Source of the DNA: Candidatus Gastranaerophilales bacterium
GTDB lineage: Bacteria > Cyanobacteriota > Vampirovibrionia > Gastranaerophilales > Gastranaerophilaceae
Direction of reading: 5' to 3'
Assembly (NCBI GenBank): GCA_947588785.1
Contig: CANPZN010000002.1
Span: forward strand, 2,123-66,122
Length of the DNA stretch: 64,000 nucleotides
Each line of letters starts with the position of its first letter. Positions within the stretch are counted from its first letter, which is position 1. The notes beneath the pieces were generated by a model. The model ran no database searches and was not told the origin of the DNA. It saw only the letters and a list, made by a program, of their open reading frames with translations. The position numbers and the translations under genes were made by a program. Of the stretch, positions 39,864 to 49,990 are shown piece after piece.

Positions 39864-40553
39864 ATGTTTACGGGTATGATACAAAATTTATTAAATTCAT
39901 CAAGTCAAGAATCTGCTGTAAAAAGGTCACAGCAGATTAGTAATTATGTACAAACAAAAAGAATGACAGATGATCTTTCCGGTAATGGGGTGGATTTTAA
40001 AACATTTGAAGATGTATTAAATTCATCATTGAATGTACATACAAGATTTAATACTAATAAAATTCAAAAACCGATAGAGTTTGGTACTTTAACAGCTAAA
40101 AAAAATGTAGAAGCAATTGTAGCTGATAAAATTAATCCTGAAAAAAATGATGTTTCAAAAGTAAAAAATAAAATTTCAAAAGGTCATATTAAAGAATTAA
40201 TATCAACTATATCAAAAAAACACGGAGTAGATGAGAAATTAGTAAATGCAGTTATAAAACAAGAATCAGGATATAATCCAAATGCGAAATCTTCAGCGGG
40301 AGCAAAAGGATTAATGCAATTAATGCCTCAGACAGCAAAAAATTTAGGAGTAAAAGATCCGTATAATCCGCTGCAAAATATAGATGGTGGTGTAAGATAT
40401 TTAAAAAGTATGATGGAAAGATATAATGGTAATTTAATACTTGCACTTGCCGCATATAATGCAGGGCCGGGTAATGTTGATAAATATAATGGAATACCTC
40501 CTTTTAGAGAAACTCAAAATTATGTTAAAAATATACTTGCAAATTATCTTTAA
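39864..40553 (+). CDS. Soluble lytic transglycosylase (SLT) domain protein, probable flagellar rod-associated muramidase
   Basis: [25 protein letters not shown]...[10 protein letters not shown]. Embedded between flgC and fliE. Confidence 0.8.
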   Translation: MFTGMIQNLLNSSSQESAVKRSQQISNYVQTKRMTDDLSGNGVDFKTFEDVLNSSLNVHTRFNTNKIQKPIEFGTLTAKKNVEAIVADKINPEKNDVSKVKNKISKGHIKELISTISKKHGVDEKLVNAVIKQESGYNPNAKSSAGAKGLMQLMPQTAKNLGVKDPYNPLQNIDGGVRYLKSMMERYNGNLILALAAYNAGPGNVDKYNGIPPFRETQNYVKNILANYL

Positions 40554-40571
40554 AAAGAAAGGTTATAAATC

Positions 40572-40913
40572 ATGCTGGAAAATAGACTAGTGCCAAATAT
40601 AAATATTTTTTCAAATTTATCTTCTTCTATGCCAATAGATGAATTTTCACAAAAAGGATTTGGAATAAGTTCAATGAAAGAATCTAACGGATCTGATTTT
40701 AAAACAGTTTTATCAGGTTTAGTAAGTAATATAAATAGTGAAATTGAAAAACCGGATCAATTATTAAATCAACAAATGATGGGAAATTCAGAAGTTGATA
40801 TTCATGATGTAATGACGGCTATTGCAAAGGCGGATCTGGGAATAACATTGGCAACACAGGTTACATCAAAAGTTGTTAGTGCATATAATACCGTAATGAA
40901 TATATCTATCTGA
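40572..40913 (+). CDS. fliE: Flagellar hook-basal body protein FliE
   Basis: 113 aa. C-terminal DIHDVMTAIAKADLGITLATQVTSKVVSAYNTVMN. Confidence 0.8.
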   Translation: MLENRLVPNINIFSNLSSSMPIDEFSQKGFGISSMKESNGSDFKTVLSGLVSNINSEIEKPDQLLNQQMMGNSEVDIHDVMTAIAKADLGITLATQVTSKVVSAYNTVMNISI

Positions 40914-41052
40914 TATAGTTTAGAAATGTACAATTTTTATGTACTTTAATATTATTTTAAGATAAATTATGCTAAATAGTGTTAAGAAATTAACCTTTTA
41001 ATAAAAAGAATGTATAATAACAAGTAGATGAAATTGTAAAGATTAGGGCTTT

Positions 41053-42705
41053 ATGAATATAAAAGAACTGCTGAAAAATAAAACAATATTATATTCTGTA
41101 ATCGGTGGTGTTGCTGCATTGTTGATTATAATAATACTTGTTGTATGTATATCTGTCAGCAATGGCTCATCAGCAGAAAAAACAACTGATAAAATACAAA
41201 AAGAACCATTTACAATAATAGAAACTGATAATGCCGGAAAAGCATTGGAAATACAAACTCTGTTGGCAAGAAGCGGAATTAATGCAAAAAGGACACTGAA
41301 TGGTTCAAAAACAACAGTTTTTTTGGCGGCAAATAAGTATACTGATGCACAGCGAGACAGAGCATTATTGGAAATAGTAAAGGCAGGGCTTGTAGATCAA
41401 AATGTGGGTCTTGAAATATTTGATAAAAGTGATTTTACATCAACTAAAGATGATAAACGAATAAAATTGGCAAGAGCTGTAAATGGGGAACTTTCAAGAT
41501 TAATAAGAAAATTACCGAAAGTAGAGAATGCCTCTGTTTTGGTTAGTATACCCGATAATTCGACATTATATACTGCAGATAAAAAACCAATTACGGTAAC
41601 GGTAGTTTTAACGATAGCAAATCAAGAAAGGTTGGATGATTCTGTAGTTAAAGCTATAAAAAGTTTATTATTGGGAAGTGTAAGCGGATTAACTGCGGAA
41701 AATATATCAATTACAGATACAAATGGAAATGTGTATAACAGTCTTGTAAAATCAATTGATGATCAAGTTTCAAAAGTGCAGGAAATGGATCAATATATGA
41801 AAAATAATGTATCTGCACAATTAGATAGATTGGTAGGCCCTGGGAATTACGTTGTAACTGTAAGTTCTTTCTTAAGTCAAAAACCGGTGGAACAAACACA
41901 AATAATATATGATCCGGATAAGAAAGCCGCACTTACTGAGCAAACATTTAATGAAGGACTGGGAGATACATCACAGGATTCAAATAAAGGTTCGGATGCA
42001 GTTAGTGTATATTTACCTAACGGCTTGGCAAATGCATCTTCGACGTCATCACAAAATAAAAATTATAATAGATCAGCAACAGAAACAAACTGGGGTGTCA
42101 CAAAGACATACAGAACAGAAACAACAAAAGCAGGTGTAATAGAAAAAATAACAATTGCTGTTTCAATGAATGCCAATGCAATGCCTGCAAATATGTCAGA
42201 ATTGGAATTGAAAACATTAATAGCAAATGCGGCTTCACCTATAGTAAAACCGGAGGATGTTTCTATAGGATATGTAGAAACAATAGATCCATATCTTGCT
42301 TCAGACAGGGCAGTTAATTTACCGGTTGTAGAATCATCGGGGAATCCTTGGTGGTTGGCATTGGTATTGATAGCAGTCGGTTTAGTAGTCGGATTCATAT
42401 TTGTTCACAGAAAATTAAAAGATTCCTCATTGGATCAAGAAGAAGAACTAAAGAAATTGAAAGAAAAAACAACCGAGCAAGAAAAACAGATAGTTGATGT
42501 TAATTTGAAAGCAGCTGAATTAATAGAAAAACAAACAATATTAACTCAAGAATTATTAGAACAGCAAAAGCAATTGCAATTAGAGAAAAAATCACAACCG
42601 GATTTGTCTTTAGAAGAAATAATAGAAGAGGTTTCTTCGGATATAGAGCATGCAGATACCGAAAAGACATTAAAAGAATTGAAAACATGGATTGAACAGT
42701 CATAG
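41053..42705 (+). CDS. fliF: Flagellar MS-ring protein FliF
   Basis: N-terminal TM, YscJ/FliF-type ring-building region, second TM WWLALVLIAVGLVVGFIF, C-terminal TLKELKTWIEQS. Confidence 0.88.
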   Translation: MNIKELLKNKTILYSVIGGVAALLIIIILVVCISVSNGSSAEKTTDKIQKEPFTIIETDNAGKALEIQTLLARSGINAKRTLNGSKTTVFLAANKYTDAQRDRALLEIVKAGLVDQNVGLEIFDKSDFTSTKDDKRIKLARAVNGELSRLIRKLPKVENASVLVSIPDNSTLYTADKKPITVTVVLTIANQERLDDSVVKAIKSLLLGSVSGLTAENISITDTNGNVYNSLVKSIDDQVSKVQEMDQYMKNNVSAQLDRLVGPGNYVVTVSSFLSQKPVEQTQIIYDPDKKAALTEQTFNEGLGDTSQDSNKGSDAVSVYLPNGLANASSTSSQNKNYNRSATETNWGVTKTYRTETTKAGVIEKITIAVSMNANAMPANMSELELKTLIANAASPIVKPEDVSIGYVETIDPYLASDRAVNLPVVESSGNPWWLALVLIAVGLVVGFIFVHRKLKDSSLDQEEELKKLKEKTTEQEKQIVDVNLKAAELIEKQTILTQELLEQQKQLQLEKKSQPDLSLEEIIEEVSSDIEHADTEKTLKELKTWIEQS

Positions 42706-42716
42706 CGGAGGATAAA

Positions 42717-43736
42717 ATGCCGATAGAAGGCTTTGATTATAAAGCATTTGCAACAGATTTAGCAAAACAGGCTTTGGAAATATTACAACAGCCCGGATCA
42801 AATGCTGCTCCTTCAACATTAACCGACCAAGATAAAAAAACGATAATTGATACGGTAAGAAAATTCTGTACAATGTCAGGTGAAGCATTGAGTAATGATG
42901 CACAAATTAAATTTAATGCAGAACAGGCCTGTTTGGTTACTCAATTTATAGGCGAATGGACATTTCATAAATCTATTGATTTAATAAATGGAAAAATTCC
43001 TGCTCAAAATAGGGAACCAATATTACAAATATTGGCGGCAAATATTTTTCAAACTGCTAAATTAGCATTAATAAAGAAAATGCCTCAAGATACTTTAATT
43101 ACGTTGATAGAAAATAAGGTTAAACAAGTATATGCAGATGAACTTCAGAAATTGGTAAAAAAAGGAGTATTATCACAACAACAATATGAAGTAGCGGTTA
43201 ATACATCAAATTTAAATAATATGGTTCAAAAAAATGAACAAGAAGAAGTGAAAGCTCAAGAAGCTGTACCGCCCGAAAAACCAGGCATTGCCGCAAATGA
43301 AAAAAAAGTATTAAAACTAGCTTCTTTAGCAATGATTTTAAGAAAACTACCTGAAGAAAAAGCAAAAATAATATTAAATTCACTTGATAAAAATGATGTT
43401 CAACATGTTGTTAATTATATGAGAATGACAGATTTAGAAAATAAAATTGATCATCAAGTGATTATAAAATCAATTGAAGAAATAAAAAGTATGATTCCGG
43501 AATCGGATAATTTAAATGTAGAAAAAATTTTGAAGCATTATTATAAAATTTTAAAATATACTCCGGTTGATGTATTAAGCGAGATTGCAATAAGAGAAAG
43601 AGATAGTGTTAAAGATTTTATATTAGATCCTAAATTTGAGGCAATAGAGTCATTTTCACCCTTGGTAATTCAATCTTTAGTTAAGATTATAGAAGAAAAA
43701 ATTAATGATTATAAAGAAAAAGTATACAAATATTAA
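42717..43736 (+). CDS. FliG-position protein; only a FliG_N-like segment is recognisable
   Basis: Residues ~197-262 (LKLASLAMILRKLPEEKAKIILNSLDKNDVQHVVNYM) resemble the FliG N-domain. No EHPQ or MFVFEDL/torque-helix motifs seen. About 190 aa of unrelated N-terminal sequence. Confidence 0.45.
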   Translation: MPIEGFDYKAFATDLAKQALEILQQPGSNAAPSTLTDQDKKTIIDTVRKFCTMSGEALSNDAQIKFNAEQACLVTQFIGEWTFHKSIDLINGKIPAQNREPILQILAANIFQTAKLALIKKMPQDTLITLIENKVKQVYADELQKLVKKGVLSQQQYEVAVNTSNLNNMVQKNEQEEVKAQEAVPPEKPGIAANEKKVLKLASLAMILRKLPEEKAKIILNSLDKNDVQHVVNYMRMTDLENKIDHQVIIKSIEEIKSMIPESDNLNVEKILKHYYKILKYTPVDVLSEIAIRERDSVKDFILDPKFEAIESFSPLVIQSLVKIIEEKINDYKEKVYKY

Positions 43737-44565
43737 AAATCCTTCAGTGGAAATTATAGAGTCTGAAGAAAAAAAACAAGAAGAAAAAGCGGAAATAGAA
43801 ATTAATAAAGTTTCTAAAGATACTTCTGACCTAAAAAATAATCAAACAGCACAAAAAATAGAAAAACCGGCGGAAAAGCCTATAGAACAAAAAGCAGAAA
43901 AACAGCCGGAAGAAGAAAAAAAAGAAGAAAAAGAAGAAAAAATTTTACCACCAAAAAATGAATTAGATTTATCTTTTGATGATTTAACATTTGAACCTAG
44001 GCAAGAAAGACGAGAAGGTACAAGAAGACGAGGATATAGAAGAACACAAGACAGGAATATTGTTTCAAGAGCACAACAAGAAGCAATATCAATAAAAGAG
44101 CAGGCAAAAATAGATGGGTATAAAGAAGGAATTGAAAAGGCTGAAAAAGATATATCAGACTTAAGGAATAAATTTTCTGAATTTTTTAATTATAAGGATG
44201 AAGTTTATCAAAAAGTTTCGGAATGTATTTTAGATATTTCAATAGAAATTGCAAAAAAAATTATTAAAAAGGAAGTAGAAACAGATAAAACAAATATAAT
44301 CAAAATAATAAAAGAATCTGTAGAAGAAATAAATAACACAGAAAATAAATTAATTTTAAAAGTTATGCCAAAGGATGTAGAAATTGTAAAAGATAATATA
44401 CCTGAGATATTTAAAGATGGTGCTTCAGAAGCAAAAATTTCCGTAGTTCCTGATAACACCATAAAAGAAGGAGGGGTAATTATAGAAACTTCTAATGGTA
44501 TAATTAATGCAACAATAGAGTCACAAATGTTAATATTGGAAAAAGCATTAAAAAATAAGAGTTAA
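43705..44565 (+). CDS. fliH: Flagellar export ATPase regulator FliH
   Basis: K/E-rich N-terminus, coiled coil, C-terminal GGVIIETSNGIINATIESQ. Position before flhA/fliI. Confidence 0.62.
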   Translation: MIIKKKYTNIKNPSVEIIESEEKKQEEKAEIEINKVSKDTSDLKNNQTAQKIEKPAEKPIEQKAEKQPEEEKKEEKEEKILPPKNELDLSFDDLTFEPRQERREGTRRRGYRRTQDRNIVSRAQQEAISIKEQAKIDGYKEGIEKAEKDISDLRNKFSEFFNYKDEVYQKVSECILDISIEIAKKIIKKEVETDKTNIIKIIKESVEEINNTENKLILKVMPKDVEIVKDNIPEIFKDGASEAKISVVPDNTIKEGGVIIETSNGIINATIESQMLILEKALKNKS

Positions 44566-44580
44566 AAGAAGGTAATAAAG

Positions 44581-46680
44581 GTGGCACAACCGCAAGATCA
44601 AAAATCAATGATAAGTGAAATACTACTAGCAATATTTGTAATATTGCTAATAGTATTGTTGATTTGTGAACTTCCATCATGGATTGTAAATTTTGCGATT
44701 AGTTTTAATATAACATTAGGTATTTTATTGTTAATGATATCATTGTATATTCAAAGGCCATTAGAACTTGCATCATTTCCTTCTATTATATTAATAGGTA
44801 CGATGTTTAGACTTGTATTATCGATAGCTTCAACAAGATTAATATTATCAAAAGGTGAAGCAGGAGAAGTAATAGATGCATTCGGTAATTTCGTAACAGG
44901 CGGAAACTTAGTTGTAGGATTTGTAATATTTATAATTATAACCGTTGTACAATTTATGGTTATAACAAAAGGTTCGGAACGTATAGCAGAAGTTGCCGCA
45001 AGATTTGCATTAGATGCTATGCCCGGTAAACAAATGCAGATCGACGGTGATTTTAATCAAGGTTTAATATCACCGGATGAAGCAGCGAGAAGACGTGAGG
45101 ACCTTGCACGGGAATCAAATTTATACGGTTCTATGGATGGTGCAATGAAGTTTGTAAAAGGTGATACAATGGCAGGTATCATCATAGTTATTATTAATAT
45201 AGTAGGCGGATTATGTATTGGTGTATTAATGCAAGGTATGCAGGCAGGTGAAGCGGTAAAAAAATATACTGTTTTAACTGTTGGTGATGGACTTGCTGCA
45301 CAACTGCCTTCTTTATTAATGGCAATTGCAGCAGGTATTGTAATGACTCGATCAACGGCATCAGGAGGTTCGTTGGGCGGAGATCTTGCAGGACAAATAT
45401 TAAATAAGCCTTCAAGTTTGATATTTACTGTTGTATTTTTAATTATAATTGTTTTAACCAGTTTTTATACCGGTTTACCTTGGTATACTTTTACGGTGTA
45501 TGCTCTTTTGATTTTAGGAGCTTATTTGATTGTTTCTGTGAATAAGGATGTTCAATCTCAATTGGGACAATTAGATGCAGTAAAAAAGAGTATGAGTGAT
45601 TTAACCAATCCAAACAGAATGTATGAGAGACTAGGGGTTGATGTTTTGAATCTGCAAGTTGGTTCAGCATTGTTAGAAATAGCTGATCCCGAACAAGATG
45701 GTTTGCTTCTGCCTAAAATTGCAGCTTTAAGACAGCGTGTTACTGATGAACTGGGATATATTATTCCGAATATAAGAATTATGGATTCATCAGCGATTGG
45801 TGCAAATGAATATATGATATCAGTAAGGGGAAATACTGTTGCTGTAGGTACTGTATATCCTAAAAAAAGTATGGTTATTGCAGATCAATGGGATTCTACA
45901 GGCAGAGAAGTACCTAAAGATGCTATAATCGGTCTTGATCCTACATATCAAACTCAAGCGTATTGGATGGATACAAATTACTTGAAAGAACAAAAAGACA
46001 TTACTGCTGTAGATTCTGTTGATGTTATTATTACTCATATTCAAGATTGCGTAAGAAAATATGTTGATGAAATAATGACAAAAACAGATGTACTTAAACT
46101 TATGGAACTTGTTAAAAGTCAGGATCCTACTCTTGTAAATGATTTAGTACCTACTATTATATCAACAAGTGATTTAAGAAAAATATTTGTAAATTTAATA
46201 AGAGAAAAAGTTTCAATAAAGGATATTATATATATATTTGAACGATTATGTGATTATGCAAGATTTTCTAAAGAACCGGATATTTTATCTGAACGTTTAA
46301 GAGCAGCATTAGGCAGACAAATTTGTTTAGCTCATTGTACGCCTGATAAAATTTTATATGCTTTAACCTTATCTCCGGAGTGGGAAAAAACATTAGATGA
46401 CAGTTGTCAAAGAACGGAATTGGGTACTATGTTTTTATTAAATCCGTTGCAGGTTCAAGAATTAATTGAATCAGCTGCTTCGACATTGATTAGAGCCCAT
46501 CAGAGTATTAATGTTCAACCTGTTATTTTGTGTTCTCCAAGAATAAGATTGCCTTTATATCAACTTTTGGAACGTCATATACCGACTATTGTTGTAATTT
46601 CTTATTCTGAATTAATTACAGATATTAGAGTTGAAGCGGTAGATACAATTGGAGAGTCTGCAAATTATAATTTCGGGTAG
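44581..46680 (+). CDS. flhA: Flagellar export gate protein FlhA
   Basis: GTG start. FHIPEP region (ERIAEVAARFALDAMPGKQMQIDGD), 8 TM segments, large cytoplasmic domain. Confidence 0.96.
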   Translation: MAQPQDQKSMISEILLAIFVILLIVLLICELPSWIVNFAISFNITLGILLLMISLYIQRPLELASFPSIILIGTMFRLVLSIASTRLILSKGEAGEVIDAFGNFVTGGNLVVGFVIFIIITVVQFMVITKGSERIAEVAARFALDAMPGKQMQIDGDFNQGLISPDEAARRREDLARESNLYGSMDGAMKFVKGDTMAGIIIVIINIVGGLCIGVLMQGMQAGEAVKKYTVLTVGDGLAAQLPSLLMAIAAGIVMTRSTASGGSLGGDLAGQILNKPSSLIFTVVFLIIIVLTSFYTGLPWYTFTVYALLILGAYLIVSVNKDVQSQLGQLDAVKKSMSDLTNPNRMYERLGVDVLNLQVGSALLEIADPEQDGLLLPKIAALRQRVTDELGYIIPNIRIMDSSAIGANEYMISVRGNTVAVGTVYPKKSMVIADQWDSTGREVPKDAIIGLDPTYQTQAYWMDTNYLKEQKDITAVDSVDVIITHIQDCVRKYVDEIMTKTDVLKLMELVKSQDPTLVNDLVPTIISTSDLRKIFVNLIREKVSIKDIIYIFERLCDYARFSKEPDILSERLRAALGRQICLAHCTPDKILYALTLSPEWEKTLDDSCQRTELGTMFLLNPLQVQELIESAASTLIRAHQSINVQPVILCSPRIRLPLYQLLERHIPTIVVISYSELITDIRVEAVDTIGESANYNFG

Positions 46681-46687
46681 GTAAAAA

Positions 46688-48037
46688 ATGTTAGATCAAT
46701 CACGTGAAAAATCAATAGAGTATGTAAAAAAACAGGCATTTGATATAATTAATTCCACACAGCTTTATTCATATAAAGGTACAGTATCTAAATTATTGGG
46801 GTTAACGGTAGAGGTAAAACTGCCGGGATTAAAAATAGGTGATTTATGTTTTATTGAAACTGCGGAAGGTGAGAGAAAACCTGCTGAAGTCGTTGCATTT
46901 AAAGGTGAAAGTGCTCAATTATTATTATTATATGACGGGGCGGGAATTGGTCAAGGCAGTTTGGTTCAATCTACAGGACAGGCTATAAGAATTCCGATGG
47001 GAGATTTTTTGTTAGGAAGATTAATAAGTCCGTTAGGTGAACCTATTGACGGAAAACCTATGGATATACGAGGATGTAAATATGTTAATATTGATAATCC
47101 CCCTCCGGGTGCTTTTGACAGACCGATTATTAAGACTATGTTTTCAACGGGTGTGCGTGCTATAGATTCTATGCTTACTTTGGGTGCCGGACAACGTATG
47201 GGACTATTTGCAGGCTCCGGTGTCGGGAAAAGTACTATGCTTGGTATGATTGCTAGAAATTCTGATGCTGATATTAATGTTGTTGCACTTATTGGTGAAC
47301 GAGGAAGAGAAGTAAAAGAATTTGTTGAAAATTCTTTGGGTGAAAAAGGTATGAGTAAATCTGTTCTTGTTTGTTCAACGGGTGATCAACCACCTTTGAT
47401 AAGACAAAAATGTCTAATGGCTGCTACTGCGGTTTGTGAATATTTTAGAGATCAAGGAAAAAAAGTATTTTTGATGACTGATACTGTTACAAGATGTGCT
47501 ATGGCAGGCAGAGAAGTTGGACTTTCTATCGGAGAACCTCCTACTATCAAAGGTTATCCGCCTTCTATTTTCTCTTGGCTTCAGAAAATTCTTGAACGAA
47601 GCGGTAATAGTCCTAAAGGTTCTATTACTGCTCTTTATACTGTTTTGATGGAAGGTGATGATATTAATGATCCTGTTGTTGATACTGTAAGAGGTATTGT
47701 TGATGGACATATTTTCCTTTCAAGAAAAGTTGCGGAAATGAATCATTATCCTGCTATTGATGTTCTTGGCAGCATTAGCCGTTTATTTACGGAAATTGTT
47801 ACGGAAGAACATAAGCAAGCTGCTTATAAAATGAGAAAAATTATGTCTTTATATCGTGAAAATAAGGACTTAATTGATGTAGGTATGTATAATGCCGGTT
47901 CAAATCCAAAACTTGATGCAGCTATTGAGCTAATGCCTCAAATTAATGCATTTTTACAACAAAAAACTTCTGATAGTGTTACTATGGAATCAACAATTTC
48001 TACTTTAATTTCTATGATGAAAGATGTTGATATTTAA
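46688..48037 (+). CDS. fliI: Flagellum-specific ATPase FliI
   Basis: Walker A GSGVGKST, Walker B VFLMTD, F1-ATPase-like fold motifs. Confidence 0.95.
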   Translation: MLDQSREKSIEYVKKQAFDIINSTQLYSYKGTVSKLLGLTVEVKLPGLKIGDLCFIETAEGERKPAEVVAFKGESAQLLLLYDGAGIGQGSLVQSTGQAIRIPMGDFLLGRLISPLGEPIDGKPMDIRGCKYVNIDNPPPGAFDRPIIKTMFSTGVRAIDSMLTLGAGQRMGLFAGSGVGKSTMLGMIARNSDADINVVALIGERGREVKEFVENSLGEKGMSKSVLVCSTGDQPPLIRQKCLMAATAVCEYFRDQGKKVFLMTDTVTRCAMAGREVGLSIGEPPTIKGYPPSIFSWLQKILERSGNSPKGSITALYTVLMEGDDINDPVVDTVRGIVDGHIFLSRKVAEMNHYPAIDVLGSISRLFTEIVTEEHKQAAYKMRKIMSLYRENKDLIDVGMYNAGSNPKLDAAIELMPQINAFLQQKTSDSVTMESTISTLISMMKDVDI

Positions 48038-48066
48038 ATTTCTTATTGCAAATATTTTTTACAATT

Positions 48067-49039
48067 TTATAACTCTAACTTTTTACTTAAAAATGGAACT
48101 ATTATATCCCAAGCTTCAGAAGATGGATGTGAATTATCTTCAATCCAATATTTATCTTCTTTGTTTAGATTAGGGAGTTCTTTATTAATATCTATAAAAA
48201 TTATATCGTTATTTTCTTTTTTTAAATTATTAATTTCATTATTATATATATTTTCTTGATCTAATGGGCAAGGATAATATAAAATTACCATTTTTGCATT
48301 TGGAAAATTATTTTTTATTTCTTTATAAGATTCAGAAATTAATTTTGTTAAAAGATTATTTCTTATTTTTTGATTTTCGGCAGATTTTTTTGCTATAAAT
48401 TCTTCAATAACTATGGATGTAAAAAATGAATGAATAAAAGGAAATAATAATTTATCTTGTATTAATTCGTTATTTTTGATTTTATATCTTAATGTATGAT
48501 CACCTGTCATAACCCAGTTTCTATATCTGAATAATCTTGGAATGTGATCCGGAATCATTGTAAATATTATATATTCTGCATTCTTTGGCAGTTCATTTAA
48601 AATCTCTTTATCTTTTAATTGGTAATACATAAATGGAATTCCTGTTCCGGATCTTCCTCTGTTTATTACAGTTCTGTTTGTATAATCAGATAATTTTTTT
48701 GAAAAAGTTTCATTTCTGTTTAATCCAAATCCATATGTGTAGGAACAACCAAAAAGTATTATCGGTTTTTTATTTGTTTTTTTATATTCTATGGGTCTAA
48801 AGTCAGAAGTTAAATTTTGTTTATCTGGTGTTGTAACTTTTGCGTACCCTATAAATGGAGATGGTTTTTTATTTATACCCCCCCCCCATTGTATTTTTTG
48901 AAATATTTTTATAATTAATTATATCTTCTTTGTATTTAAAACATAATGAGAGATATGATGCAAATTCTATTATGATTAGAATTAAAACTATTGCTGTTAT
49001 ATTGATTATTATTAATTTAATTTGTTTATGATTATTCAT
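48067..49039 (-). pseudogene. Membrane-anchored SGNH/GDSL-like hydrolase paralogue, frame-shifted at a C10 tract (candidate phase-variable gene)
   Basis: An ATG at 49039 (ATGA overlap with the upstream stop) gives MNNHKQIKLIIINITAIVLILIIIEF..NTMGGGYK*. The frame of the 48067-48630 ORF is open up to 48918 and encodes RPIEYKKTNKKPIILFGCSYTYG, homologous to the neighbour. The total of 973 nt is not a multiple of 3. Confidence 0.65.
48878..48887. repeat. C10 (G10 on the coding strand) homopolymer
   Basis: Counted directly: ...tttata CCCCCCCCCC attgta... No comparably long G/C run was noticed elsewhere in this AT-rich window. Confidence 0.9.
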
Positions 49040-49989
49040 TTATTTGTATTCAATTCCAGTTTTTTTGATATCTCGGGAACTAAAATATCCCAGGCTTGTG
49101 TTGAGGGATGTCCATCAAACATCCAATATTTATTTTCTTTTAATTGAGGACATAATTCTAAAGAATCAAGTATTATTATGTCTTTATTTTTTTCTTTTAC
49201 TTTTTTTAAATCATTGATATTAAATTTCCCATCATCTTCTCTAGAATCAAAAATATCATACATGTATAAAATCACAAATTTGGAATTCGGAAATTTTGTT
49301 TTAATGATTTTATAAATTTCTTCAATATATTTATAAAATAAATTATAAGTTTTTTTTGTATCATGTATTTGTATTAAATAAATATAGTTTTCAAGCAATG
49401 CTTTTATGTAGAAATAATTAAAAATAGAAAAAATATTTTTATTAGAATCAATAAATTCTAATTTGTTATTATGTAATTTATATCTTGTTATATAGAAATA
49501 GGATAATTCACAATTTCTAAATCTAAAAGATCTCTCAATATGATCAGGAATAAATGTATATATAAAATATTCCGTATCTGAAGGAAATCTGTTTAATATT
49601 TCATCATCAGTTAATTGTCTATATATTTCCCCGAGTCCTTCGCCGCAAATACCTCGATTTATTACTGTTTTATTCGTATAATTTGCAAGTTTGTATGAAA
49701 ATGTTTCATTATCTTTTAATCTGTTTCCGTGTGTAAAAGAATCACCTAAAAGAATAATAGGTTTTTTCTGAGAACTGCGATATTCTATAGGTCTCATTTC
49801 TCCTTCAAATTCTTCTTTTCCCGGAACGTAACAGCTTTTATGATTTAAATAATATTTAATTTTATTTATTTTAACTTCATTTTCAAATAAATTAATATTT
49901 TTATTAAATGCAATAAGAAAAGACACCCATTCCAGTACCATTATAAGTATTAGCATTATTAAAATATTTATTAATATTATTTTTTTCAT
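49036..49989 (-). CDS. Membrane-anchored SGNH/GDSL-like hydrolase
   Basis: N-terminal TM, block I ILLGDSFTHG, block V-like DGHPS. Paralogue of the downstream gene. Confidence 0.62.
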   Translation of the reverse strand: MKKIILINILIMLILIMVLEWVSFLIAFNKNINLFENEVKINKIKYYLNHKSCYVPGKEEFEGEMRPIEYRSSQKKPIILLGDSFTHGNRLKDNETFSYKLANYTNKTVINRGICGEGLGEIYRQLTDDEILNRFPSDTEYFIYTFIPDHIERSFRFRNCELSYFYITRYKLHNNKLEFIDSNKNIFSIFNYFYIKALLENYIYLIQIHDTKKTYNLFYKYIEEIYKIIKTKFPNSKFVILYMYDIFDSREDDGKFNINDLKKVKEKNKDIIILDSLELCPQLKENKYWMFDGHPSTQAWDILVPEISKKLELNTNK

Positions 49990-49990
49990 A

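Noticed and set aside
43705-43736. The fliG-like/fliH 32-nt overlap as a frameshift hiding a FliG C-domain
   Set aside because: The downstream frame encodes a K/E-rich FliH N-terminus, not FliG_C-like sequence. No alternative frame with FliG_C motifs was seen.
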